Source of the DNA: Euryarchaeota archaeon UBA91
GTDB taxonomy: Archaea > Thermoplasmatota > Poseidoniia > Poseidoniales > Poseidoniaceae
Assembly (NCBI GenBank): GCA_002499705.1
Contig: DAMU01000077.1
Span: forward strand, 4,951-68,950
Direction of reading: 5' to 3'
Length of the DNA: 64,000 bases
In this document: piece after piece, positions 18,324 through 27,846 of the stretch
Layout of the letters: every line of letters starts with the position of its first letter
Numbering within the stretch: position 1 is the first letter of the stretch
Notes under the pieces: model-generated
What the model saw: the letters and a program-made list of their open reading frames with translations, nothing else
Database searches by the model: none
Told to the model about the DNA's origin: nothing
Made by a program: the position numbers and the translations under genes

Positions 18324-19331
18324 ATGTCGGATTCGCCAGTCTCCACACACGACCCTAAGGAAGGGGACAAATCAGCAGAACCTTCCCCTCAAGAACAAAA
18401 GAAAATGGAACAGGCTTATGCGCAGATGAAGCGCAAAATGACGATGGAAGATATCGGTAAGAAAATCAAACATAAGGTCATGGTCTTGTCAGGAAAAGGC
18501 GGAGTTGGAAAATCCACAGTCTCAACCGGCCTTGCTCTTTCACTCGCACAACAAGGACTCTCTGTAGGAATCCTTGATATCGACATCACAGGGCCAAATG
18601 TTCCAAAGATGATGGGTCTAGATGGGCGCCGACTACATGTTGAGTCAGGTCGTATTCATCCTGCTCAAGGCCATCTTGGCGTGAAAGTCATTTCAATGGC
18701 GTTTCTACTCGATAACGAAGATACTCCAGTTGTTTGGCGCGGCCCAATCAAGCTCGGTGCAATTCAGCAATTTATCGGAGATGTTGAATGGGGCAACCTC
18801 GACTATCTGATTATCGATTTCCCGCCTGGAACATCAGACGAACCACTGACGGTTGCTCAATCACTCCCTGATATTGATGGGATGGTCATTGTTACTACAC
18901 CCCAAGAAGTAGCACTGCTCGACAGCCGCAAATCAATTACTTTCTCAGAATCGTTGAAAGTACCGGTCCTTGGAGTCGTCGAGAACATGAGTGGTTACAC
19001 AATTTCAGGTAAAGCAGAACCCGGTTCTGAAATTGAGATTGCTGCACCTGCAGGTAAAACACTCAAAGCCACTGCTAATGATGAAGGGGCATTTAGTGTT
19101 ACACTTGACATCTTCAAAGAAGGCGGTGGGCGACTTACTGCTGAGGAGTTCGGTGTGCCTTTCTTAGGAGCGCTTCCTTTCGACCCTGGTTTTGTTCGCG
19201 GCGGTGACGATGGAGTCCATAGAATTGTAAGTGAACCTGAAGGAGCCTCTGCAGTCGCTTTTTCGGCAATCGTGTCTGCATTACAAGAACAAATTAGCGA
19301 AGATTCTGGATCTGGTCTGGAAATCATTTGA
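18324..19331 (+). CDS. Mrp/NBP35/ApbC-family P-loop ATPase, atypical cysteine-free variant with an insertion
   Basis: Deviant Walker A VLSGKGGVGKST, DFPPGTSDE and VVENMS. The usual CxxC after ENMS is replaced by a ~40-aa insert (TISGKAEPGSEIEIAAPAGKTLKATANDEGAFSVTLDIF). The ORF contains no Cys at all. Confidence 0.8.
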   Translation: MSDSPVSTHDPKEGDKSAEPSPQEQKKMEQAYAQMKRKMTMEDIGKKIKHKVMVLSGKGGVGKSTVSTGLALSLAQQGLSVGILDIDITGPNVPKMMGLDGRRLHVESGRIHPAQGHLGVKVISMAFLLDNEDTPVVWRGPIKLGAIQQFIGDVEWGNLDYLIIDFPPGTSDEPLTVAQSLPDIDGMVIVTTPQEVALLDSRKSITFSESLKVPVLGVVENMSGYTISGKAEPGSEIEIAAPAGKTLKATANDEGAFSVTLDIFKEGGGRLTAEEFGVPFLGALPFDPGFVRGGDDGVHRIVSEPEGASAVAFSAIVSALQEQISEDSGSGLEII

Positions 19332-19343
19332 TGGTGAGATTTG

Positions 19344-19697
19344 ATGACCAGCGACATGCCCACAATGAGACGTTTCGAACGTCGAGATTTGGATGTTGTC
19401 GTCAGTTATGACGATGACTCGGAATATACGATTACGTATGATGACTTACGCCACGCATGCCCTTGTGCAAAATGCTCTCCGCTACGTAACTTAGACGATA
19501 CCAGCAAAACACTTCGTAGGCAGGTTGAAGCATTACCTAAAGAAAAACCAAAGGTTCGAACTGTGGGGAATTACGCTCTTGGTTTTGAGTGGAATCAGGG
19601 CTGCTCGAGTGGAATTTATAGATTTGAGCGAATTTGGGATTTGGCGAACAGAAGAGACCCTGATAATGGCAAACCCTATGTCCATGGAGCATGGTAA
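19344..19697 (+). CDS. DUF971-family protein
   Basis: ACPCAKC ... GNYALGFEWNQGCSSGIYRFERIW matches the DUF971 pattern. GGTGA lies 6 nt upstream of the ATG. Confidence 0.7.
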   Translation: MTSDMPTMRRFERRDLDVVVSYDDDSEYTITYDDLRHACPCAKCSPLRNLDDTSKTLRRQVEALPKEKPKVRTVGNYALGFEWNQGCSSGIYRFERIWDLANRRDPDNGKPYVHGAW

Positions 19698-19778
19698 GTC
19701 GAGGAACGGCTTTTCGCGACATTTTGACTGCGAGGTTTCATGTGCAATACCCAACCCCGCAGGGGTTGAGGTTCTTCC

Positions 19779-21866
19779 ATGGACGGCATATATCTCAGTT
19801 GGATGGTAAGCGCACTTGCGCTGGGAGTCCTGCTGTTGCCCGTATTCAAACCTCCATGGATGAAGATCACACTTCCTACCTTTGTCGATTTCTTCCGAAG
19901 GTATTGGATTCATATTTTGATTGTATTCATCATCTATAATTCAAAAGATATTCTTGACCAATTAGACCGGATTATTATTGCGAATACTGGCCTGGACATG
20001 ACTCCACTCATTTACGGAATCGAGGGAGACTTGGTTTTAGAGGTTCAACAGCTATTTGAAGCTAAATGGCTAACAGTTGCTCTGACTCACTTTTATGTCT
20101 CTGGGTTCATGTTTATTTGCTATGTTTCAATATTCTACTTTGCCTTTTTCGATGACCGTTGGATTGCAGATCGAATGACTCTAAGCATCGCATGGGTGTA
20201 TATTTTAGCGATTCCGTTTTACCTGTTTTTCAATGTTCGAGTAACTGGAGATTATATCCCTGGGATGGAGACTCTCGCTTATGATTTGACACCAGAAATT
20301 AGTGATTGGTTTCGCAGAATTGACCCTTTCACCAATGGAATGCCTTCACTTCATATTGGAATCCCATTCGCGGTTTGGTTATGCCTCACTCGCTTTGATG
20401 AAGACCGGCGCTGGAATAAATATCGAGCATTGGTTCTTGTCTATACTTTAGTCACTGCCTTTGCCATTATCTACCTTGGAATACATTGGTTTTCAGATAT
20501 TATCGGTGGAATGTTAATCGCAGCTCTCGCAGTATCCGTTGCTGATCGAACCTCAGAAGCGTGGTGGAAAATATTTGATGAGAGAACAATGAACTCTCGA
20601 ATAGTCACAGTCCTAACAAATCCGAAAAAAGCCCTTCGGATTATCCTTGACCGCTCTTCCAATATCTATCGAAGATACAGGAGACCTAAAAGCAGAGAAA
20701 CTGGAGTTTTGGCGCTCGTCGTTTTTTTGATGTTATTCTCCGTCATCACTTGGGATTTGAGTAATCAATCATTACCTGCTGGAGGAATTGAAGCACCACA
20801 AGGTGTTGCAACCAGTGACGGTTGGATGGCGACAATTGACAATCGTACAACAGGGCCTGTGGTTGTGATTCATAATCTCGCAGATTTAACAGTTAATTGG
20901 GAAATTATGAATGGGAGTGTCGAAGCGAATTCACCCTACGCTCTGAGCGGTACGACACTTGCCATCGCCAATCAGACCACATTATCGGTATACGACCTCA
21001 ATTCGATAGGAACAGTCAATGCTCTGGTATCGACCACCGATATGCAACAACCAAACCAAATACTCCTGACCGGCACTGAAGAGTCCGAATACATCCTGAC
21101 AGAGAGGAATGGATTTTTGAGCGCATACACCCTTTTTGGTGATGACGTATCACTTGGTTTCAATGTTGTCGGGGTTGAATTAATTCAAGCCAATGGTTTG
21201 GAAATTGCCATGGTCATTGAGAATGAACCAACGAGTATTCTCCTCTCTCGAATTGGTTCAACCGGTTCAATCACAATTGAGAACATCAACGCTTCTTCAA
21301 CCCCTGAGCAAGATGAAATTCTTGAAGCATGGGATACTCCAGTTGACATGGAAAACGCAAGTATTACTGATTTCGTATTTGATGATGATTTCATGGCCAT
21401 TACTGTAAATGTTTCAGCGACTGAACGCTTGGTCGTTTACAATCGCTCGAATGGCCAACAATGGCTTGCATCCGACCCTAAATATGCGGTCAGTGACCCA
21501 TCGATGAAAAATGGAATTTTAGCTTGGTCGGTACGCGACCACCTGGACCCTACAAAGCCAATTGAGAAATATATGGACGGGGAAATACAATTCGTTAATC
21601 TGACCAATAACCACACCCAATTTTTGACTTCTGATGATTTACATCAGTGGGGTCCGAACGTACTTGAGAATCATCTGGTATATTTTGAAGAGTCTTCGGA
21701 TGGAGAAGTGACAATTCACATCCATTCTTGGGAACCTGAACTCACAGTATACTCAAACGTCCTGCTCCAAATTGGTATGATTCTTGGTGTGGGACTGGTG
21801 TTTGCTCATGTCGTTCAACGTCAATCTGAATCAAGATTAAATCTATTGAGTCGAGAAGAAGAGTAA
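19779..21866 (+). CDS. Multi-pass membrane protein: PAP2-superfamily (PAP2_C-like) domain plus large extracytoplasmic domain and terminal TM helix
   Basis: PSLH and GIHWFSDIIGG (HxxxD) resemble PAP2 motifs C2/C3. About 330 aa of non-hydrophobic, sequon-rich sequence follows, and the protein ends in a TM helix. Confidence 0.6.
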   Translation: MDGIYLSWMVSALALGVLLLPVFKPPWMKITLPTFVDFFRRYWIHILIVFIIYNSKDILDQLDRIIIANTGLDMTPLIYGIEGDLVLEVQQLFEAKWLTVALTHFYVSGFMFICYVSIFYFAFFDDRWIADRMTLSIAWVYILAIPFYLFFNVRVTGDYIPGMETLAYDLTPEISDWFRRIDPFTNGMPSLHIGIPFAVWLCLTRFDEDRRWNKYRALVLVYTLVTAFAIIYLGIHWFSDIIGGMLIAALAVSVADRTSEAWWKIFDERTMNSRIVTVLTNPKKALRIILDRSSNIYRRYRRPKSRETGVLALVVFLMLFSVITWDLSNQSLPAGGIEAPQGVATSDGWMATIDNRTTGPVVVIHNLADLTVNWEIMNGSVEANSPYALSGTTLAIANQTTLSVYDLNSIGTVNALVSTTDMQQPNQILLTGTEESEYILTERNGFLSAYTLFGDDVSLGFNVVGVELIQANGLEIAMVIENEPTSILLSRIGSTGSITIENINASSTPEQDEILEAWDTPVDMENASITDFVFDDDFMAITVNVSATERLVVYNRSNGQQWLASDPKYAVSDPSMKNGILAWSVRDHLDPTKPIEKYMDGEIQFVNLTNNHTQFLTSDDLHQWGPNVLENHLVYFEESSDGEVTIHIHSWEPELTVYSNVLLQIGMILGVGLVFAHVVQRQSESRLNLLSREEE

Positions 21867-23021
21867 TCATTTCTTTATGCTCAACATTCGCTCTAAAGCC
21901 CAAAGAGAACCTTCTTGAATCGAAGCAGGAACTTGGATTTGATTCGGTTTTTCACCGTCTACAATTCGCTCAAGCACATCCATCAAATACGCTGGATGAA
22001 TCATATACATCGTTGAGCAGGGGCATATTTCAGCATCTAAACATTCAATGTGTTTGTCAGGATGTTCTTCGGCTAAACGAGCAACCATGTTGATTTCGGT
22101 TCCGATTGCAATATGAGACCCAGGCTTTTGCTCGGCTACAAAATTACGAATATATTGAGTTGAACCATTGGCATCACTCGCTTCGACTGTATCGATAGGG
22201 CATTCAGGATGAACGACTACAATTCCGTCGGGATGACGGTCACGGAACTCCTCGATTTGCGCCGTAGTAAATCGCTTATGGACTGAACAAAACCCATGCC
22301 AGAGAATAATTTTGCTGCCTTTCAAATCACCCATAGCACCTATGCCTGGAGTCCAAGTTGGCATCAAATCAAGTGAAATCCCCATCGCATTTCCAGTGTT
22401 ACGGCCAAGATGTTGGTCAGGGAAAAACAGAACTGCACCATTCTTTCCTGCACGTTCAAATGCCCAGTTGAGAACTCCTTGAGCATTGCTTGAAGTGCAG
22501 ACAATTCCCCCATGACGTCCAACGAAATCTTTCAGGTCAGCACTGCTGTTCATGTAGGTCACAGGAACTAAGAAATTGTCATCTTCAGAAGCGACAGCGG
22601 TTGGGTCTTCACGACAAATTGGGTCTTTCAAGCCTGCTTCCTGCAAAATTGATCCCCATGCAGATTCAACCTCACTGAGTGTCGCCATATCGGCCATAGA
22701 GCAACCTGCTCTCAAATTTGGTAGAACGACGATTTGATCATCGTCGGTGAGGATGTCGGCTGATTCAGCCATGAAATGGACACCGCAAAATACGATGTAT
22801 TTCGCTTTGGATTCTGCCGCCATTTGACTTAACATGAAAGAATCACCAAGGAAATCGGCATGCATGACGATACTGTCTCGCTGATAATGGTGACCAAGAA
22901 TCAACAACTGGTCACCGAGTTGTTCACGCAATTCCTCGATTCGTTCTGAAATCGCTTGTTCCTCTGGAGAAAGAGAGGTATCCATGAAATCCACGGAACA
23001 CATTGGCAGAGAGACGGTCAT
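21867..23021 (-). CDS. nadA: Quinolinate synthase
   Basis: ILGHHYQRD, FCGVHFMAESA and the three-domain NadA-like layout with conserved Cys residues. Confidence 0.85.
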   Translation of the reverse strand: MTVSLPMCSVDFMDTSLSPEEQAISERIEELREQLGDQLLILGHHYQRDSIVMHADFLGDSFMLSQMAAESKAKYIVFCGVHFMAESADILTDDDQIVVLPNLRAGCSMADMATLSEVESAWGSILQEAGLKDPICREDPTAVASEDDNFLVPVTYMNSSADLKDFVGRHGGIVCTSSNAQGVLNWAFERAGKNGAVLFFPDQHLGRNTGNAMGISLDLMPTWTPGIGAMGDLKGSKIILWHGFCSVHKRFTTAQIEEFRDRHPDGIVVVHPECPIDTVEASDANGSTQYIRNFVAEQKPGSHIAIGTEINMVARLAEEHPDKHIECLDAEICPCSTMYMIHPAYLMDVLERIVDGEKPNQIQVPASIQEGSLWALERMLSIKK

Positions 23022-23106
23022 CTTGCTTCATCTATGGCACGAAGTTCTCCTTTTTGAAGCAAACCTTTGCTGAAGTGTTGATAAATGGGGAGTAAAAGGG
23101 CCCGTC

Positions 23107-23790
23107 ATGGCCTTTGTTGCGAGCGAGCGATTGCATCTTGGTGCTGAGGCAGAAGTCTGGGCAGGTACTTGGATGGGGCAACATGCTGTTCGCAAACTAC
23201 GCCGACCACGAAAATGGCGCCACCCAGATCTCGACTTACGCCTTGGACATCGACGTATGATGAGTGAATCAAGACTTCTCATAAGACTCAAGAGGCGCGG
23301 ATTGAATGTACCAGCTGTTTGGGACCTTGACCCACAATCCGGGCGGATGATTCTTGAGCGAATGCCGGGATTGCCATTGATTGAAATTCTACGAAAGAGT
23401 GAACATCCTCAAGAGTTCATCAACACGACTTTACGAAACACTGGTGCGTTAATTCGCAGACTCCATCGTGAGGCCATTACCCATGGTGATCTCTCGACGA
23501 ACAATATCCTCGTCGATGAAAATGCGGAAGTTTCACTCATTGATTTCGGTCTTGCTGCAATCGATTATGAAATCGAACGATTTGGTATTGACCTGCACGT
23601 CATCGACGAAATCCTCGGTGCCTCACATCCAGACCACACAGATGCTATCGAAGTTTTGTTAGAGGGATACGCTTCCGAAGAAGAGAGACTTGGTGAAGCA
23701 CCTGAGCAATCTGGGGGGGCCGTTCCAACTGCTGAACAGGTTCTGAAAAGGCTTGAAGAAGTTCGTTCACGAGTACGATACCATGGATGA
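23107..23790 (+). CDS. bud32: Bud32/PRPK atypical kinase (KEOPS subunit)
   Basis: Small RIO-like kinase: AEAEVW...VRK, HGDLSTNNILV, LIDFG. About 227 aa. No Kae1 is adjacent. Confidence 0.8.
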   Translation: MAFVASERLHLGAEAEVWAGTWMGQHAVRKLRRPRKWRHPDLDLRLGHRRMMSESRLLIRLKRRGLNVPAVWDLDPQSGRMILERMPGLPLIEILRKSEHPQEFINTTLRNTGALIRRLHREAITHGDLSTNNILVDENAEVSLIDFGLAAIDYEIERFGIDLHVIDEILGASHPDHTDAIEVLLEGYASEEERLGEAPEQSGGAVPTAEQVLKRLEEVRSRVRYHG

Positions 23791-24210
23791 TTATTCCATG
23801 AGCAGACGTAATTCTTCAAGACTGCGAACCTCTGCAAGATAAATTTGTTCGATTGCGTCATACAAATCTTGGTCGCCAACATCTTCAATTTGGGTCATTA
23901 TTTTGGCGTAGACTGCTGCTGCTTTGGTTTCTGTTTCCAGTGAGTGAACCAACATCTCGTCGTAGAGAGTTGTGTGAATGATGGGGTGCGAATTACGTTC
24001 TGTGACTGGAATTCCGCCAAGCTTAACGATGGCTTTTCGAACAACATCTGCATGCATGTTTGATTCAGTTGCTTCTTCGGTAAACATTGGTGAGAGTTGA
24101 AGGCGGTGAATACCCCGTATATTTGCTGCATAATGTGCATACATGTTGCTAGCTCGCAATTCCCACCCAAGGGCTTCGTTCAAAATATTGATTACATTAT
24201 GTTCTGTCAT
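23791..24210 (-). CDS. Ferritin-like / Dps-bacterioferritin superfamily protein
   Basis: Four-helix-bundle-like pattern with E/H ligand candidates (ELRASNMYAHY, EEATESNMHAD, ETETKAAAVY, EQIYLAEV). Start re-picked at MTEHNV (24210) to avoid overlap with crcB. Confidence 0.6.
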   Translation of the reverse strand: MTEHNVINILNEALGWELRASNMYAHYAANIRGIHRLQLSPMFTEEATESNMHADVVRKAIVKLGGIPVTERNSHPIIHTTLYDEMLVHSLETETKAAAVYAKIMTQIEDVGDQDLYDAIEQIYLAEVRSLEELRLLME

Positions 24211-24296
24211 CGTTTCAACTCTTAGGGCAAACGAAATATTTTCGCTCGATGTTCCATGACTAATCCAACCGAGAGGCCCTACATAAAGCCACTTGT

Positions 24297-24668
24297 TCAA
24301 GCAAATATTGTTTCTCCAATTTTCCAACCAATCAAGGCCAAAAGAGGGCTCAATGTCATAGTAAGAAGCAGATAAACCATGGCGCTACCCCCATCTCCAC
24401 CATCAAACATTTCAACGGTTTCCACTGAAAAGGTCGACATGGTCGTGAAGGCGCCCAGAACACCAGTTCCGAGCAGCAACGCTACATTTGTCGATACAAG
24501 GTTCTGAGCTAAACCAATAGCTAAGATACCTAAAAGAAAGGAGCCGACGAGATTAACCGAGAGGGTCGCATAGGGAAATGAATCAGTGGATATCCATTCA
24601 CCAACTGCATACCTCAAGCCTGCTCCAATTGCACCGCCGAGTGCGACAATCCCGAGTTGCTGCAGCAT
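24297..24668 (-). CDS. crcB: Fluoride channel CrcB/FluC
   Basis: GGAIGAGLRY and GAFTTMSTF motifs. Four TM segments in 123 aa. Confidence 0.85.
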   Translation of the reverse strand: MLQQLGIVALGGAIGAGLRYAVGEWISTDSFPYATLSVNLVGSFLLGILAIGLAQNLVSTNVALLLGTGVLGAFTTMSTFSVETVEMFDGGDGGSAMVYLLLTMTLSPLLALIGWKIGETIFA

Positions 24669-24771
24669 ATCTTTGGCTCGGGATATTGCCCTTTGAATGC
24701 TCGCCTGTAAAAACTGACAAAACAGCGATTATCGCCCGTCATTTCAATAGGCAAAAACTGTAGCAGGTCCC

Positions 24772-25437
24772 ATGGCGCGCACAATTTGGTTCCTTACCGG
24801 CAATTCCGGCAAACTCAAAGAAGCAACACATCACTTACAGCCACTTGGCTATGAAGTTCGCCAATTAATTGTCGAAGAGGGTGAAATTGTAGAACCTCAA
24901 GTGGAATCACTCGAGGAGGTTGCTCAATCAAAAATCACTCAGGCCTTACTTCACCTCTCTGACGACCAACAATCTCAGGATATGATTCTGGTTGAGGATG
25001 CTGGATTGTTTGTCGATAACCTCAATGGATTCCCCGGCGTATATTCATCCTATGTTCTGGACACGATTGGATGCAAGGGCGTATTGCGGTTACTCGAACA
25101 TTTACAAAGCGAAGATACCATTCAATGCGCTCAATTGCGTTCAGCACAATTTCAAGCAGTTGCAGCATTGTGGATGGATGGAGAAATTCTCTATGGAAAC
25201 GGAGTATGTCCTGGATGGATTGCGCTTGAAAGCAGTGGAGAAGACGGGTTTGGTTTTGACCCCGTGTTCACACCAAATGATCTCGATGCCTTTGGAGAGC
25301 CTTTACCTCCCGGAACATACGGTGAGAAAAGCGTGCATGGCAAAACCTTTGGAGACATCTCGTTGGAGGAAAAACAAGCCTACAGTCATCGAAGCCGAGC
25401 ATTGAATGACTTACTGAGGCAATTGCCATCAGCATGA
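24772..25437 (+). CDS. Non-canonical purine NTP pyrophosphatase (HAM1/RdgB/ITPase family)
   Basis: FLTGNSGKLKEA, EDAGLFVDNLNGFPGVYSS, GFGFDPVF, SHRSRA. Confidence 0.85.
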   Translation: MARTIWFLTGNSGKLKEATHHLQPLGYEVRQLIVEEGEIVEPQVESLEEVAQSKITQALLHLSDDQQSQDMILVEDAGLFVDNLNGFPGVYSSYVLDTIGCKGVLRLLEHLQSEDTIQCAQLRSAQFQAVAALWMDGEILYGNGVCPGWIALESSGEDGFGFDPVFTPNDLDAFGEPLPPGTYGEKSVHGKTFGDISLEEKQAYSHRSRALNDLLRQLPSA

Positions 25438-25451
25438 TAAGTTAAAACCAG

Positions 25452-26396
25452 TTGGGTGAGTTGAGGGCCATGGGATTCGTACGTTCTGTTACCGGCATCA
25501 GTGCCCTCACAGTAGCTGGTTACTATCTTCTCAAAGCAGGAGAACTAACCGATTCGGAGAAATGGATTAGTATTGCCATTATTCTCGTATTTTCATTAGC
25601 GTGGATTATGATGGGTTCCAAAAAACCTGTAGCTCGGATTCAAAAGGCAACCATCCCTCCTGAATCGTCTTCTGAATCTCAAGAAACTGAGCAAGAAAGT
25701 GAGTTTGACATTCCAGAACCCGTTACCGATGATGAGTTGGACGGAGCGACACTGAAAGAGCGGAAAATTGCTAAGATTCAAGCAGCAGAAGACGAAAAGG
25801 AAGCGCTCTTGCTGGCTGTTTCACAAGAGGGTGAAGAAAATGAAGAAACCATTGTCGAGGTTACTCTGGAAATGGAAGATATCCACGTGGCAGATGAGTT
25901 TGTAGTCGAGGTAAGTCCGGAATCGGTCGAAAATGCAGATATTGAATCCTCGATCAGCAATCGAAGAATCAAACATGACCAAATCCGACAGAAAATTGAA
26001 CTGCGACGAAGAGGGCAACTCGCAGATATTCGTGCATCGACTGCTCGGATGTGGGAAGAACAGACTGCAGGCGAAGACCTCGTAACACTGCTCCAAACCC
26101 CTGGCCATGGACAATCGGTTTTGGTTTCGCCTGAGCATCCCGAATCTGGCCACATTTACGGAGCAACTTTTATCAGAATTGATGAAACACAAATTCTCAA
26201 ACTTCGCACTGCTCTCGATGATGGATTTGAGAAGGTGCAAGTTCAAAAACAGCCAGAATTGCCCGAACTCTTAGGCCCTGATGGCAATCCACTTCCACCG
26301 CTCATTGGATTGGATGGAGCACCACTTTCACTCCCTCCAATCGTTCCAACAGCAAGTGATGCTTTGGCTAAAATGAAAGAAGAAATGAACGAATGA
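25452..26396 (+). CDS. Hypothetical membrane-anchored acidic protein
   Basis: Two N-terminal hydrophobic helices, then a Glu/Asp-rich low-complexity region and a Pro-rich C-terminus. Non-ATG start in the track, so the start is uncertain. Confidence 0.5.
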   Translation: MGELRAMGFVRSVTGISALTVAGYYLLKAGELTDSEKWISIAIILVFSLAWIMMGSKKPVARIQKATIPPESSSESQETEQESEFDIPEPVTDDELDGATLKERKIAKIQAAEDEKEALLLAVSQEGEENEETIVEVTLEMEDIHVADEFVVEVSPESVENADIESSISNRRIKHDQIRQKIELRRRGQLADIRASTARMWEEQTAGEDLVTLLQTPGHGQSVLVSPEHPESGHIYGATFIRIDETQILKLRTALDDGFEKVQVQKQPELPELLGPDGNPLPPLIGLDGAPLSLPPIVPTASDALAKMKEEMNE

Positions 26397-26451
26397 CATT
26401 CAAAAACGTGTCAACTTTAATCAGCAGAAGGCATGAGTTCCTTTTGTTCAC

Positions 26452-27174
26452 ATGGAAGAAAGGTTCGTGAAAGAAGAGGCGATTGGGGAAACCAGTCGCA
26501 ATATCGCTCTTTTAGGTCTCATCCTTGTCAGTATAGCCCCCAGTGTCTCAGTTGTGACTGGATTTGCTTTCAAAGTAGGGTTGTTTGCAGTTTTCGTATT
26601 CATTTTCACTAAGGTCTGGGTTTTCGGATTACCTGCATTTTGGCACCTCCGTATCGAAAAAAAGGAGTTGTCTTGGTCGCCTGTTCAAAAGGGCGGTTGG
26701 GGAATGTCGCTCTTGCTGGGAGTTGGAATGATGGCAGTGATATGGCTTGCCTATTTCATACTCGGAGAGCAAATGCTTCAACCAGACGCTCTCAAAGCAA
26801 TTCTTGACCCTGTTGGACTAACCGTGCCATGGAAACTCGCCGCAGCAATTGTGTTTTGGGTATTCGTTAATTCTGTTCTTGAAGAATATGTATTTCGATG
26901 GTTCATAACTTCGAAAATTGAACGATTAGTTGGCGGCAAATGGCGTTCAGCGTTTCTTTCCTCAGCAGTTTTTACACTCCACCATAGCATAGCACTCGTG
27001 TTCTTCTTAGATCCATTTGGGGCGATTCTTGCTTCAGTTGGTGTGTTTATTGGTGGCACGATATTTTCATGGCTATACTTGGAATACCGAAGTGTTTGGA
27101 TTGCGTGGGTTGCGCACGCTTGTGCAGATGTAGCAATTTTTGCAATTGCGTGGAATATCATTGTCGGATTTTGA
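26452..27174 (+). CDS. CPBP (CAAX/Abi) family intramembrane metalloprotease
   Basis: NSVLEEYVFRW (EExxxR), FTLHH and AHACAD motifs within a multi-TM protein. Confidence 0.75.
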   Translation: MEERFVKEEAIGETSRNIALLGLILVSIAPSVSVVTGFAFKVGLFAVFVFIFTKVWVFGLPAFWHLRIEKKELSWSPVQKGGWGMSLLLGVGMMAVIWLAYFILGEQMLQPDALKAILDPVGLTVPWKLAAAIVFWVFVNSVLEEYVFRWFITSKIERLVGGKWRSAFLSSAVFTLHHSIALVFFLDPFGAILASVGVFIGGTIFSWLYLEYRSVWIAWVAHACADVAIFAIAWNIIVGF

Positions 27175-27378
27175 TACGAAAAACCGTTTTTTGGGGCATT
27201 CCCTGACGCTTTTTATATACTGTCGAGCCCAAGTATATCTGTAGTAATGGACGTGTTTCAACATACATCTGTATTCCCAAAATTCCAAACGGTGACATCA
27301 TGAACAAGTAAATCTCCAATAAGCGTTTCTGAAACGGCAAAGCTTCGGCAAAGCCATAAGAAAATTGGAGAAAATATC

Positions 27379-27774
27379 ATGAAAACGAACCGTAACATTA
27401 AGCCGTTCCATAACGGCAAGAACCGACGTACTGGGCGCTCAACTGGCGTCCGAAGAACCCAGAGAGCAGCTGCAACTGCGAACAACCCTCAAGCCGAAGA
27501 GATTCGCCAAGCTTGGGTTGCTGCAAAGATGAAGGCACGCGAAGAGAAAGAGGCTCGCCGTAAGGACGGACCATGCTGCTCGACTGAAGCTGACAAGAAG
27601 GCAACAAACCTTCGCCTGCTCAAGAAGCTACAAGCAACTGTTTGTGATCGCGTATGGAACAATGAACTCAGCCGCTGGGAAGGGATCATGCCTCGCCGCT
27701 TTGTCCGTGAGAATGCAGTGCACATGAGTCACTTTCGCGATTTTGCTCGCAAGAACGGATACCGTAGCCGGTAA
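27379..27774 (+). CDS. Hypothetical highly basic protein
   Basis: Arg/Lys-rich 131-aa ORF in a locally more G+C-rich patch, where several frames are open. The coding assignment is tentative. Confidence 0.4.
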   Translation: MKTNRNIKPFHNGKNRRTGRSTGVRRTQRAAATANNPQAEEIRQAWVAAKMKAREEKEARRKDGPCCSTEADKKATNLRLLKKLQATVCDRVWNNELSRWEGIMPRRFVRENAVHMSHFRDFARKNGYRSR

Positions 27775-27846
27775 GTAAAAGCCGGCTTGAGCCGCAATTG
27801 TGTCCTCGAGGCCGTGCGCCTCGTCCAACTTTGAGCGAAAGCAAGG

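Noticed and set aside
24669-24771. Possible fluoride riboswitch (crcB motif) in the leader upstream of crcB on the minus strand
   Set aside because: The reverse-complemented leader contains GGGCGATAATCGC. It lacks the conserved downstream elements I remember for the motif (the GCUGAUG...CCUAC-type 3' half and the pseudoknot partner). No convincing fold could be built by hand, and a covariance-model scan would be needed to revisit this.
27807-27823. Hairpin CGAGGC-cgtgc-GCCTCG between convergent genes as a transcription terminator
   Set aside because: Archaeal termination typically relies on oligo-T tracts, and no T-run follows the hairpin on either strand. It may be structural, but the evidence is too thin to annotate.
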